A stretch of 64,000 bases of DNA, taken from IMG/VR virus record IMGVR_UViG_3300009128_000002; one strand, written 5' to 3'. The notes under the pieces were generated by a model. It saw only the letters and a list, made by a program, of their open reading frames with translations, did no database searches and was not told the origin of the DNA. Below are positions 10,315-20,229 of this stretch, one piece after another. Position 1 is the stretch's first letter; each line of letters begins with the position of its first letter. This stretch comes from a virus. The translations under genes were made by a program, and so were the position numbers.

Positions 10315-10711
10315 TGTATATGATTGGTCACTTGATAAAATGTTGGAAGTGTCATTTGAACATGATGATGACTTTCTTAAAATAAAAGAAACATTAACAC
10401 GTATTGGTGTTGCATCTAATAAAAATAAGGTGTTATTTCAGACTGCACATATTCTACATAAACGTGGCAGATATTATATAGTACATTTTAAAGAGTTGTT
10501 TGCTTTAGATGGAAAAACTTCTTCTATTGAAAGTGTTGATATTGAAAGAAGAAATTCTATTGTGAAATTGCTTGTTGAGTGGAATTTATTGACTGTTGTT
10601 AACGAAGAACAATTAGAACCAATGGGACACGTTGGACAGTTTAAAGTGATATCGTTTAAAGATAAACGAAATTGGGAGTTGGTGCCCAAATATACTATTG
10701 GTACAAGATAA
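10283..10711 (+). CDS. regA: Translational repressor RegA
   Basis: DDFLKIKETLTRIGVAS, HILHKRGRYYIVHFKELFALDG, WELVPKYTIG. Confidence 0.95.
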   Translation: MMNYQEENTSDVYDWSLDKMLEVSFEHDDDFLKIKETLTRIGVASNKNKVLFQTAHILHKRGRYYIVHFKELFALDGKTSSIESVDIERRNSIVKLLVEWNLLTVVNEEQLEPMGHVGQFKVISFKDKRNWELVPKYTIGTR

Positions 10712-10920
10712 TGAAATACAAACGTTTTTATGATAATTTACAATTTACATCTAAAGACGCCACCCTATCTGATATAATCCTCGCCCTACTTGTACTTATG
10801 GTATTGACTGTTGTGGCATTCCCACTTATTATAGTATTTGCAGGGTTTGTTTTCCTAACTGCTATATACATTATTATTAGTTGTTTATTTAGAAGTGTAA
10901 ATGATAGAAGATATAAATAA
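10711..10920 (+). CDS. Small membrane protein
   Basis: Long hydrophobic stretch; ATG overlaps regA stop. Confidence 0.55.
   Translation: MKYKRFYDNLQFTSKDATLSDIILALLVLMVLTVVAFPLIIVFAGFVFLTAIYIIISCLFRSVNDRRYK
10912..10919 (+). promoter_or_regulatory. T4 late promoter
   Basis: TATAAATA upstream of 10952 with AAGGAG RBS. Confidence 0.65.
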
Positions 10921-10951
10921 TAGTATTGTTTAATTTAATAAGGAGTGGTGT

Positions 10952-11365
10952 ATGGTTTGTACTTCTGCCACGTGTACTTGGATAACAACTATTTCACAAT
11001 TAGCAGTAGCAGTAGTTTTTGTGTATGCTGGATTAGTTGTAAATAGTCATATGGAATCATGGACAGAATCCTTCAAGCAAGGACAAGAAGATTTACATTC
11101 TATTAGAGAAAATATGAATACAATTGCTTATTCAATGGAGTCTATTAACCAAGATATGGACGCAATGAATAATACAACAAACAAAATGAAAACACATATG
11201 GGAAGTATGGATTCTTCTGGTATTACTATGAGTAAAGATATGAAAGATTTAAGAAACGACATTGTTATTATGAACGAACAGATATGGAGAATGAATGGTT
11301 CTGTAGGTAATATGTCGGATAAATTCAGCCCTGCTGGGATGATGAGAAGTTTTATGCCCTTTTAG
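10952..11365 (+). CDS. Membrane-anchored Met-rich coiled-coil protein
   Basis: N-terminal TM helix, heptads with Met at core positions. Confidence 0.75.
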   Translation: MVCTSATCTWITTISQLAVAVVFVYAGLVVNSHMESWTESFKQGQEDLHSIRENMNTIAYSMESINQDMDAMNNTTNKMKTHMGSMDSSGITMSKDMKDLRNDIVIMNEQIWRMNGSVGNMSDKFSPAGMMRSFMPF

Positions 11366-11374
11366 GAGAAATAT

Positions 11375-12085
11375 ATGGCAGATTCAGAAAATGGACAATT
11401 TGATATAGATGATGATTTTGAATGGGGGTTCTCGTTTTCGGATAATGATGACGGTGATACAGATGTCGTCGCACAAAAAACGTCAGAGGCAGTAAGTGCC
11501 GATTTAGGTCCAATTACGGCAAAATTAGATGCTATTCTTGCTTTAATACCAACAGATGGTATTGAGAATTCAGAAACAGTAGATGTTGATTTGAGTGGTC
11601 TTGATAATAAACTAGACCAAATTTTAGCATTAGAAAAAGTTGATGCTTTGACTGCTGGTGATATGCCAGATTTAACACCATTGGAAGAAAAGGTTGATGA
11701 GTTACTATCAAGGGAAACAACCGTTAATGCACCAAGTGTTGATATTGATTTGTCAGAAATCACAGATAAACTTGAAACTATTGAAACACAAGTAGGAGAA
11801 GTTCGTGAGTTGGATTTTGACGGAAGTGGTAGCGTTGATTTTGGTGACGTTAATAACAATCTTGCTGATTTGTTGGCAAGACAAGAACAAGTTGAAGAAG
11901 ACCTTGAAGCAAAGAAACAAGAGTTTGAAGATTTTAAGGCAAATAAACTTAAAGCATTGGAAAAATTAATCATTCCATTGTTGAAGAACTTGAAGAGTAA
12001 TCCAGACAAAGCATATATTCATTGGCCAAATCGTTCTGGTGTATTAGATGCTCAAATTGCTAAGATTTTAGGAATTACTAGGTAA
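11375..12085 (+). CDS. T4-like conserved hypothetical with acidic coiled-coil repeat expansion
   Basis: N-terminal FEWGFSF and C-terminal IIPLLKNLKSNPDKAYIHWPNR; internal DLxxLxxKLD repeats. Confidence 0.75.
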   Translation: MADSENGQFDIDDDFEWGFSFSDNDDGDTDVVAQKTSEAVSADLGPITAKLDAILALIPTDGIENSETVDVDLSGLDNKLDQILALEKVDALTAGDMPDLTPLEEKVDELLSRETTVNAPSVDIDLSEITDKLETIETQVGEVRELDFDGSGSVDFGDVNNNLADLLARQEQVEEDLEAKKQEFEDFKANKLKALEKLIIPLLKNLKSNPDKAYIHWPNRSGVLDAQIAKILGITR

Positions 12086-12507
12086 TGTTTGAGTATAATG
12101 CGAAAGTCAAGCGTGTTGTTGATGGTGATACTTTGGACGCTTATATCGACCTCGGTTTTGATGTATGGATACAAAAACGAATTAGACTCATGGGTATTGA
12201 TACCCCAGAGTCGAGGACTAGGGACAAGGTAGAAAAACGTTATGGTAAAGGTGCTAAACATAGACTTGTTGAAATACTAGAATACAACGATAATAAGTTT
12301 ACTATTAAATCACACGGCACAGGTAAGTTTGGACGAGTTCTTGGTGAAATGTTAATTGGTGATTTGAACATCAATGAACAAATGATTAAAGAAGGACACG
12401 CAGTGGCATACTTTGGTGGTTCAAAACAAGAAGTCAAAGATGCTCTTATGGAAGCACGTGATCTATCAACTGAATATGTTTTCAAACATATACCCGAAAT
12501 AAAATAA
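12085..12507 (+). CDS. Staphylococcal nuclease (SNase)-like protein
   Basis: VVDGDT, RIRLMGIDTPE, GKFGRVLG, INEQMIKEGHA. Confidence 0.9.
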   Translation: MFEYNAKVKRVVDGDTLDAYIDLGFDVWIQKRIRLMGIDTPESRTRDKVEKRYGKGAKHRLVEILEYNDNKFTIKSHGTGKFGRVLGEMLIGDLNINEQMIKEGHAVAYFGGSKQEVKDALMEARDLSTEYVFKHIPEIK

Positions 12508-12520
12508 ATCAAATAAAAAC

Positions 12521-12549
12521 TTGACTATTCATTTTTGTTATGGTATAAT
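12521..12549 (+). promoter_or_regulatory. sigma70-type promoter
   Basis: TTGACT-17bp-TATAAT with extended TGn. Confidence 0.75.
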
Positions 12550-12579
12550 ATACATTAAATACCACAATAAAGGAAGAAT

Positions 12580-13179
12580 ATGAAAGATACGGTTGTATTA
12601 GATTTAGAAACCCTTGGTAGTTTAAATAATTCTGTAATTTTATCTGTTGGTATGGTCGCTGTAGATTCTGCTGAGGATTATGAGTTTGCAGATTTAATAA
12701 AACACGGTTTTTATGCAAAACTTGATGTTGCTAGTCAAGTAAAAGATGGACGCAAAATATACAAAGATACTTTGGATTGGTGGGAAAAACAAGGCCCCGA
12801 CGCTCAACGAATTCTAAAACCACTTAAAACTGATATGCATTGGAGTAAGTTAATGCCTGCAATGTTTAATTGGTTTAAAAAAGAGGGTATCGATTTCGAT
12901 AAAGCAAAATTCTATTCTAGAGGAAGTCATTTTGACTTTGCTTTATTACACGACTTATTCCGTATTACTGGTGATGCAGGTGCAATGGAAATACCGTGGA
13001 GGTATTGGAATATACACGACTCAAAAACAGTGGTAGAAACACTTTTAGGACATGATGTTGATGTAAATCCTAAAGGGTTTATTCACCACGATTGCCTACA
13101 CGATGCTGCCCGTGAATATCTTAAAATGGAATTAGCAATTTACCAATTTCAACAAACACTTGAGGATAAGAATGATTGA
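12580..13179 (+). CDS. dexA: DexA-like DEDDh 3'-5' exonuclease
   Basis: LDLETLG, DTLDWWEKQ, RGSHFDF, HDCLHD. Confidence 0.85.
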   Translation: MKDTVVLDLETLGSLNNSVILSVGMVAVDSAEDYEFADLIKHGFYAKLDVASQVKDGRKIYKDTLDWWEKQGPDAQRILKPLKTDMHWSKLMPAMFNWFKKEGIDFDKAKFYSRGSHFDFALLHDLFRITGDAGAMEIPWRYWNIHDSKTVVETLLGHDVDVNPKGFIHHDCLHDAAREYLKMELAIYQFQQTLEDKND

Positions 13180-13465
13180 TTTAGATGAGAATTTTGATGA
13201 TTATGAAGATGCAAGGTTTTATGATGTTTCTTTATGTTTTGACTGGTTAGATTTAGATAACTGTGTTACCTTTGAAATGGTTTCAGATGGCCCTGTTGAA
13301 GATAAAATTTCATTAGTGGAATCTATACTTGAGGGTTATGGGGGCATCGCAGAGATGGATGATGGTACTATAATTAATCTTAAAAGGTTTTTAAATGCAT
13401 ATGTTATTGAAAGAGAAGAAGGTAAAAATACAAAGGTCAAGACAAAATTTAATATAGTACATTAA
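13172..13465 (+). CDS. Hypothetical acidic protein
   Basis: ORF with RBS, operon-packed. Confidence 0.6.
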   Translation: MIDLDENFDDYEDARFYDVSLCFDWLDLDNCVTFEMVSDGPVEDKISLVESILEGYGGIAEMDDGTIINLKRFLNAYVIEREEGKNTKVKTKFNIVH

Positions 13466-13466
13466 T

Positions 13467-14090
13467 ATGAATGATTTGAAATTGAAAGACTTTGTTAAGA
13501 TATACGATAATGTCGTACCACTGAATTTATGTGACACAATAATAAAAGAATTTAAAAATCAATCAGAACACCATATTATGAGTAAAGTTGGTGACAGTGA
13601 AGAATTTAATGATTACCGACAAGCAATAGAAATGAATTGTTCTGTTGTCGCTGATAATGATGATAAATGGAAAATGATTCTGCACTCATTAAATAGTATG
13701 GTTATGGGGTATTTGCGAAGATACAAATACGATATGAGTTTATTGGGTGTTCCTGATATTTCTATTCCAGACAGTAATATTTTTGAAGAATGGAGAATGC
13801 ACCAATACGACAAAGAAAAGCATTTTTATAAAAAACACGTAGATTCACACGATAGTAATTCTTCTAATAGAATGTTGGCATTTTTATTCTATCCTAACAC
13901 AGTGGAAGAAGGTGGTGAAACTGCCTTTACAGACCACCTTGAAGGAATAGAATGTAAACCAGTTGCAGGTAGATTATTAATATTTCCTACTTGGTTTGGT
14001 TATCCACATGAAGCAAAACCTGTTATAGAAGGTACGAAATATATGATTAAAACGTTTGTTCATTATCCTGGCGAATTGGAAAATGTATAG
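13467..14090 (+). CDS. 2OG-Fe(II) oxygenase (prolyl-4-hydroxylase-like)
   Basis: HVD, EGGET, LLIFP, YPHEAKPV, KY. Confidence 0.9.
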   Translation: MNDLKLKDFVKIYDNVVPLNLCDTIIKEFKNQSEHHIMSKVGDSEEFNDYRQAIEMNCSVVADNDDKWKMILHSLNSMVMGYLRRYKYDMSLLGVPDISIPDSNIFEEWRMHQYDKEKHFYKKHVDSHDSNSSNRMLAFLFYPNTVEEGGETAFTDHLEGIECKPVAGRLLIFPTWFGYPHEAKPVIEGTKYMIKTFVHYPGELENV

Positions 14091-14409
14091 ATTAACAAGC
14101 ACTACATTTAAGTGTAGTCAATGCGAAGAAATGTGGACTATGTATTCTGATACAACTCCAAATAGTCCTTGGTGTCCATTTTGTGGATATTCAGAAAACG
14201 AATTAAAAGATAAAAGTATTAAAGAAGAAAATAAGAAAGATGAAGTTGAAGAAATAGAAACCACAAAAGAATTCATTGTTAAGAAAGAGCAACAGAGATG
14301 GTCTGAAGATAGAATGACAGAGAAAATGTGCTCAGATGGTGGTTGGTGGAATCCCTTAACGAAGCAGTGTATGGGTGAAGGAAATGGTTTTATGAAAGAG
14401 GAAGAATAA
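14083..14409 (+). CDS. Zn-ribbon hypothetical protein
   Basis: CSQC...CPFC. Confidence 0.6.
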   Translation: MYRLTSTTFKCSQCEEMWTMYSDTTPNSPWCPFCGYSENELKDKSIKEENKKDEVEEIETTKEFIVKKEQQRWSEDRMTEKMCSDGGWWNPLTKQCMGEGNGFMKEEE

Positions 14410-14413
14410 AAAT

Positions 14414-16912
14414 ATGGCATTTTATACATCAGTAAATGTATTAGGAAATAAAGTTTTAAGTAGGGGTATTAATGATGATGGGAGTGATTTCATCCGTAGG
14501 GTTGATTTTAAACCAACTATGTTTGTGCCAGGAAAGACAGGTGATACAAAATATACCACATTAGAGGGTGAAAAGGTTTACCCAATAAAACCAGGCACTA
14601 TTAAAGAAACACGTGACTTTATTAAACAATATAATGATGTTGGTGGGTTTAATGTATATGGTATTGAGCATTTTGATTTACAGTTCATTTATGAAAATTG
14701 GCAAGGTGATGTTGAATTTGACCCAACATTAGTTAGGGTATATAATATTGATATTGAGGTTGAATCTGATAAAGGTTTCCCACACCCAGATAAGGCAGAA
14801 AGTATTATTAATGCTATTACAGTATATGATAATATTAAAGATACTTATTTCACGTGGGGTTTAGAACCGTGGGAATACGGACACGAATTTACTGAAGATG
14901 AAATAAAGGTTGTGTACACACAACACGATTGTGAAGAAGATTTACTGAAATCATTCTTAGATTTTTGGGAACTTACACCACCACATATTGTGACTGGTTG
15001 GAACGTTGAAGGTTTTGATATACCGTATATTATTAATAGATATGCACGTATCTTTGGTGTAGCAGAAACTAAAAGGTTTTCCCCTTTTGGGTGGATTAAG
15101 GAACGTAAATTAACATCAAATTTCGGTAAGGAATATGTTGTATATGACATGTTTGGTGTGCAGGTAGTGGACTATATGAAATTGTATAAAAAGTTCACAT
15201 ATAAGATGCAGGAGTCATATAAACTAGATTGGATTGGACACGTAGAACTTGGTGAAAAGAAGTTATCATATGAAGAAGAGGGTTCATTGCTTCAACTTTC
15301 AAGGGTTAATTATCAAAAGTTTATTGACTACAATATTAAAGACGTAGAACTTGTTAAACGTTTAGATGAAAAAATGAAATTGATGGATCTTTTGTTAACT
15401 ATGAGTTATGATGCGAAGATTAATTATCAAGATGTGTTTGGTACTGTAAAGCAGTGGGATTCTATTATTCATGATTATTTACGTAGACAACATATTGTTG
15501 CACCACCAAAACAACAAACATCAAAGAATGAAAAGTATGAAGGTGCATATGTTAAATCGCCAATTTTAGGGAAACATAGTTGGATTGTATCTTTCGACTT
15601 AAACAGTCTATATCCACACCTTATTATGCAATACAACATTTCACCTGAAACTATTGCTGGGTATAAGTCTGGTGTTAACGTTAATTCATTATTAAACCGT
15701 TCGGTACAATTAGGTGATTTGAAGGACGAAAACCTGACAGTTGCACCGAACGGTACAATGTATCGTAGGGATAAGAGAGGTTTCTTGCCCGAGTTAATGG
15801 AAAAGATTTACAAGGAACGTAAAGTTTTTAAGGGTAAAATGCTTGACGCACAACAACGTAAAGAAAATGGTGAAGATACTACGAATGAAATATCTAAGTA
15901 TAATAACATTCAAATGGCCCGTAAAATTCAATTGAACTCTGCCTATGGTGCAATTGGTAATCAATGGTTTCGTTACTACGATCTACGTAATGCTGAAGCA
16001 ATTACAACAGGTGGACAATTATCTATTCGATGGATTGAAAAGAAGTTGAATGAATTTTTAAATAATATTTGTAAAACCACTGATTATGATTATGTGGTTG
16101 CTATTGATACAGATTCTGTTTATTTGCGTTTGGAAAATGTTGTAAATGGTGCATTTGCAGGTAAAGAACAAATAAAAGAAAAGGTTGTAGATTTTCTTGA
16201 TACTATTGCAGAGAAAACTATTGAACCTTTTATTGATAAGTCGTATGAGGAACTTGGTGATTATGTAAATGCATATGAACAAAAAATGCAAATGGGACGA
16301 GAAGCAATTAGTGATAGTGGTATTTGGACTGCTAAGAAACGTTATGCATTAAACGTCTATGATAATGAAGGTGTACGTTATGCAGAACCTAAAATGAAAG
16401 TAATGGGACTTGAAATTGTTAAATCATCAACGCCTGCAAACGTCCGTGGTAAATTAAAAGAAGCAGTTGGTATTATGTTGACTGGAAGTGAAAGACAGTT
16501 AAAAGATTTAGTGCATAAATATAAAGGTGAATTTAATTCTTTAAGTGTTGAGGATATTTCATTTCCACGTGGTATAAATGAATTTACTAAATATAAGAAT
16601 AGAGATAAAAGTGTACCAATTCATGTTAAAGGTGCTAAGTTGTTTAATAAACTTAAAAAACAACACGGTATTAATAATATTGAAGATATAACAGATGGTA
16701 CTAAAATTAAATTCATTTACTTGAAAGTACCAAACCCACATACACAAAATGTTATTTCATTTGTTAGTGGTATCCCGCCAGAATTTGGTTTAGGAAGGTG
16801 GATTGATTATGATACACAATTTTATAAGTCTTTTATAAAACCATTAGAAGGTATCTTAGAACCTATTGGTTGGGATTGGGAAGAAAAGAGTACATTAGAT
16901 TCATTTTTTTAG
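14414..16912 (+). CDS. gp43: Family B DNA polymerase gp43
   Basis: DIEV exonuclease, SFDLNSLYPH, KIQLNSAYG, IDTDS, KKRY; C-terminal TLDSFF clamp motif. Confidence 0.97.
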   Translation: MAFYTSVNVLGNKVLSRGINDDGSDFIRRVDFKPTMFVPGKTGDTKYTTLEGEKVYPIKPGTIKETRDFIKQYNDVGGFNVYGIEHFDLQFIYENWQGDVEFDPTLVRVYNIDIEVESDKGFPHPDKAESIINAITVYDNIKDTYFTWGLEPWEYGHEFTEDEIKVVYTQHDCEEDLLKSFLDFWELTPPHIVTGWNVEGFDIPYIINRYARIFGVAETKRFSPFGWIKERKLTSNFGKEYVVYDMFGVQVVDYMKLYKKFTYKMQESYKLDWIGHVELGEKKLSYEEEGSLLQLSRVNYQKFIDYNIKDVELVKRLDEKMKLMDLLLTMSYDAKINYQDVFGTVKQWDSIIHDYLRRQHIVAPPKQQTSKNEKYEGAYVKSPILGKHSWIVSFDLNSLYPHLIMQYNISPETIAGYKSGVNVNSLLNRSVQLGDLKDENLTVAPNGTMYRRDKRGFLPELMEKIYKERKVFKGKMLDAQQRKENGEDTTNEISKYNNIQMARKIQLNSAYGAIGNQWFRYYDLRNAEAITTGGQLSIRWIEKKLNEFLNNICKTTDYDYVVAIDTDSVYLRLENVVNGAFAGKEQIKEKVVDFLDTIAEKTIEPFIDKSYEELGDYVNAYEQKMQMGREAISDSGIWTAKKRYALNVYDNEGVRYAEPKMKVMGLEIVKSSTPANVRGKLKEAVGIMLTGSERQLKDLVHKYKGEFNSLSVEDISFPRGINEFTKYKNRDKSVPIHVKGAKLFNKLKKQHGINNIEDITDGTKIKFIYLKVPNPHTQNVISFVSGIPPEFGLGRWIDYDTQFYKSFIKPLEGILEPIGWDWEEKSTLDSFF

Positions 16913-16921
16913 AGAAATAAT

Positions 16922-17368
16922 ATGCCAAAAATTAACGTAGAAGATATTGCAAACGAAAGTCAAGGGAAAGACTTTTCTGAGTTTGTCGATAATTTTCAGA
17001 CTAATATACAAAATCTAGGCGCTAGAAATAAATACTCTTCTATCGAGGGTGATAAGGAATATGTGTTAGATGAAGATGGTTACATAATTGGTGATGTTTG
17101 GAGTGAAGCAATTGCATCCGAGGTAATGGATTTAAATGGTTTTGTTGCTACAACTAAACGGTTAGAGGTTTTAGTTGAGGGTAGAGCGATATATAAGAAG
17201 GCGTCTTTACCTACAGATCATAAAGTTGTTGCAGAAAGTGTTGGTGTAACACCTGCTGATTTTTTGAAAATGTTTCCAAAATATCCTATCATTTATTTCA
17301 CACGTTGGGGTAATATGCGTAAACCTTTTAATCTACAAGAATTGAAAGATAATCCCGTCAAAAGATAG
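16922..17368 (+). CDS. Divergent DsrC/TusE-family protein with no cysteine
   Basis: LDEDGYI..DVWSEAIA...FLKMFP..P...GNMRKP aligns with DsrC LDEEGYL..WSEEVA...LYELFP.GP...AGLPKP. Confidence 0.65.
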   Translation: MPKINVEDIANESQGKDFSEFVDNFQTNIQNLGARNKYSSIEGDKEYVLDEDGYIIGDVWSEAIASEVMDLNGFVATTKRLEVLVEGRAIYKKASLPTDHKVVAESVGVTPADFLKMFPKYPIIYFTRWGNMRKPFNLQELKDNPVKR

Positions 17369-17377
17369 TAATCTTTC

Positions 17378-17406
17378 TTGCATTCTGCATCTTTTTGTGT
17401 TATAAT
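17378..17406 (+). promoter_or_regulatory. sigma70-type promoter for uvsX
   Basis: TTGCAT-17bp-TATAAT. Confidence 0.7.
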
Positions 17407-17445
17407 ATAACACATATTACAAATTACAAATCGGAGAAATATATT

Positions 17446-18489
17446 ATGAGTGACTTATTGACACGTCTGAAGAAATCAGGTACAATTAAATCAACCCAAT
17501 TATCAAAATCTGCATTATTTAATGCCAAGGATGTTATTCCAACAAGTGTACCAATGATCAACGTAGCGTTGAGTGGTGATGTTAAAGGTGGTATTACTTC
17601 TGGACTAACAGTTCTTGCAGGACCATCTAAACACTTTAAGACTGCATTTGGTCTTGTAATGATGAAAGCATACCTTGATAAGTATCCTGAAGCAATCGCA
17701 TTATTCTATGATTCAGAGTTTGGTACACCACAAGGATATTTTGAGTCACTTAATATTGATACTGATAGGGTATTACACGTTCCTATTAAAAATATTGAAG
17801 AGTTGAAGTTTGATATTGTTAACCAATTAGAAGAAATGGATAATAGTGATAACGTTTATATTATGATTGATTCTATTGGTAACCTTGCATCTAAGAAAGA
17901 AATGGATGATGCGAAAGACCAAAAATCTGTTGCTGATATGACAAGAGCAAAACAGTTGAAATCTTTATTTAGAATGGTTACACCATATCTAACGTTAAAG
18001 GATATTCCTTTAATTGCAATTAACCACACTTATCAAACACAAGAAATGTTTTCTAAACAAGTTGTATCGGGTGGTACTGGTGTTATGTATTCTGCTGATA
18101 ATGTTTGGATTATTGGACGTAGACAAAATAAAAAGGGAACAGAAATTGAAGGTTATGACTTTATTATTAATGTTGAGAAATCACGTTTTGTAAAGGAAAA
18201 GTCTAAAATTCCTGTATCCGTAACGTGGGAAGGTGGTATTAAAAGGTGGTCTGGTTTACTTGAAGTTGCTGTTGAAGGTGGGTTTGTAGTTAAACCGTCT
18301 AATGGTTGGTACTCTAAAGTTGATATTGAAACTGGTGAAGTCGAAGATAAGAAAGTACGTGTTGTAGAAACTGAAAAAGGTGAATTTTGGGAAGATATTT
18401 TAGAAAATGAAAAGTTCCAAAAATATGTAACAACTAAGTTTGCAATTGGACAAGGAAATTTAATTACTACTGGAGATGAGGATGAGTAA
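17446..18489 (+). CDS. uvsX: RecA-like recombinase UvsX
   Basis: AGPSKHFKT, FYDSEFG, DSIGNLASKKE, SGGTG; ATG 17446 after GGAG. Confidence 0.95.
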   Translation: MSDLLTRLKKSGTIKSTQLSKSALFNAKDVIPTSVPMINVALSGDVKGGITSGLTVLAGPSKHFKTAFGLVMMKAYLDKYPEAIALFYDSEFGTPQGYFESLNIDTDRVLHVPIKNIEELKFDIVNQLEEMDNSDNVYIMIDSIGNLASKKEMDDAKDQKSVADMTRAKQLKSLFRMVTPYLTLKDIPLIAINHTYQTQEMFSKQVVSGGTGVMYSADNVWIIGRRQNKKGTEIEGYDFIINVEKSRFVKEKSKIPVSVTWEGGIKRWSGLLEVAVEGGFVVKPSNGWYSKVDIETGEVEDKKVRVVETEKGEFWEDILENEKFQKYVTTKFAIGQGNLITTGDEDE

Positions 18490-18643
18490 AAAGACTGCTA
18501 GAAGATATACATTAAGTGATGCAGATTTAGAAGAAAAGAAACGTGCAGAAAAGATTTGCGAAGAAAAGGGTTGGGGGTATTGGACATATAATCTACCAAC
18601 ACGGGCGCAGAAACGTACAGATACAGGAGAGATAGTTGGATAA
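18482..18643 (+). CDS. Small hypothetical (53 aa, not in ORF track)
   Basis: MSKKTARRYTLSDAD...GEIVG read manually; fills the gap between genes. Confidence 0.5.
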   Translation: MSKKTARRYTLSDADLEEKKRAEKICEEKGWGYWTYNLPTRAQKRTDTGEIVG

Positions 18644-18848
18644 TGAATTATTTTATATACGTACTAAAGATGGTACTGAAATTGCCATCTTTGATTTAGG
18701 TTTGGTTGGTAATAATATATCATATAGTTACAATGCAGTTGAAGAAAACATTGATGTTTCAAGTTACGATGTTGAAATTAATGAAATACTTTCAAGTTTA
18801 ATAACTAAAGAAATACTTAATAACTCGGGGTGTCCTTTTGTCGATTGA
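18636..18848 (+). CDS. Small hypothetical at the T4 gp40 position
   Basis: AGGAG RBS, TTG start, lies between uvsX and 41. Confidence 0.5.
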   Translation: MDNELFYIRTKDGTEIAIFDLGLVGNNISYSYNAVEENIDVSSYDVEINEILSSLITKEILNNSGCPFVD

Positions 18849-20229
18849 AAATACAATTCTATCCAATTTAATATATAATGAAGACTATGCAAGAAAAGTA
18901 ATTGTTTTTTTAAAGGACGATTACTTTCAAACAAATAGTGATAAAATTGTATTTAATGAGATACAAAGATTTTACGCTAAATATAATGCAGTACCAACTA
19001 AAGAAGCACTTACAATTTCTGTTGATGAACGTAACGATTTATCTTCTAATGCGTATGATGAAACGTCTGCTTTAGTAAATTCACTTTCTAAAGAAGAAAC
19101 TAACGAAGATTGGTTGCTTGATGAAACTGAGAAGTTTTGTAAAGATAAAGCCGTTTATAATGCTATTATGGAGTCAATTAATATTATTGACGACGAAGAT
19201 AGTAAACAATCTGAAGGGTCTATTCCTGAATTATTATCAAATGCACTTGCAGTTTCTTTTGATACACATATTGGACATGATTTCCTTGACAATGCAGAAG
19301 AACGATTTGAGTTTTATCAACGTAAAGAGGAACGTATTCCGTTTGATATTGAATATCTAAACAAGATTACTAAAGGTGGTATTCCACGTAAAACATTGAA
19401 CATTTTAATGGCGGGAACTGGTGTTGGTAAAACAATCGGTATGTGTCATATGGCGGCATCAAATTTAACACTTGGTAAAAATGTATTATACATTACTGCT
19501 GAAATGGCAGAGGAACGTATTGCTGAACGTATTGATGCTAACCTAATGGATGTTGAAGTTGATAGTTTGAAGGATTTGTCATTTGAACGCTATTCTAAGA
19601 AAATTGAGAATATTCAATCAAAAACTAAAGGTAAGTTAATCGTTAAGGAATACCCTACATCAACTGCCCATGCTGGTCATTTCAGACATTTATTAAAAGA
19701 ATTGGCATTGAAAAAGAACTTTGTACCAGACATCATTTATATTGATTATCTAAACATTTGTGCTTCACAAAGATTAAACGGTTCTAATAATGTTAATAGT
19801 TATACATATGTTAAAGCAATCGCAGAAGAATTAAGAGGACTTGCTGTTGAATTTAACGTTCCTATTTGGTCTGCTACACAGGTTAATAGAACAGGTTTTA
19901 GTTCATCTGATATGGGTCTTGAAGATACATCTGAATCATTTGGTTTACCTGCTACTGCTGACTTATTCCTTGCCTTAATTGCAACTGAGGAATTACAAGA
20001 ATTAAACCAAGTAATGGTTAAACAGTTAAAGAATCGTTATGGTGATGAAAATATGAACAAACGATTTGTTATTGGTATCAACAAAGCAAAAATGAAGTGG
20101 TATGATGTAGAACAAGATGCACAAAAAGACATAATGGGTAATGATGTTGAAGATGATGTGAATCAAAGTGTATTTGCTACAAGTAAAGGAGAAAAGAAGC
20201 AAAAAGCATTCAAGGATTTTAAAGTATGA
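18838..20229 (+). CDS. gp41: Replicative helicase gp41
   Basis: AGTGVGKT, EMAEERIAERIDAN, IDYLNIC, SATQ, SESFGLPATAD. Confidence 0.95.
   Translation: MSIENTILSNLIYNEDYARKVIVFLKDDYFQTNSDKIVFNEIQRFYAKYNAVPTKEALTISVDERNDLSSNAYDETSALVNSLSKEETNEDWLLDETEKFCKDKAVYNAIMESINIIDDEDSKQSEGSIPELLSNALAVSFDTHIGHDFLDNAEERFEFYQRKEERIPFDIEYLNKITKGGIPRKTLNILMAGTGVGKTIGMCHMAASNLTLGKNVLYITAEMAEERIAERIDANLMDVEVDSLKDLSFERYSKKIENIQSKTKGKLIVKEYPTSTAHAGHFRHLLKELALKKNFVPDIIYIDYLNICASQRLNGSNNVNSYTYVKAIAEELRGLAVEFNVPIWSATQVNRTGFSSSDMGLEDTSESFGLPATADLFLALIATEELQELNQVMVKQLKNRYGDENMNKRFVIGINKAKMKWYDVEQDAQKDIMGNDVEDDVNQSVFATSKGEKKQKAFKDFKV

Noticed and set aside
11362-12009. 215-aa minus-strand ORF (and the many other antisense ORFs in the track)
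   Set aside because: Ser/Phe/Leu-rich mirrors of well-supported plus-strand genes, with no recognisable motifs.
14414-16912. Intron or intein in gp43 (also considered for gp41, nrdA, nrdB, thyX)
   Set aside because: The ORFs are uninterrupted and of normal length, with no homing-endonuclease or intein motifs seen.
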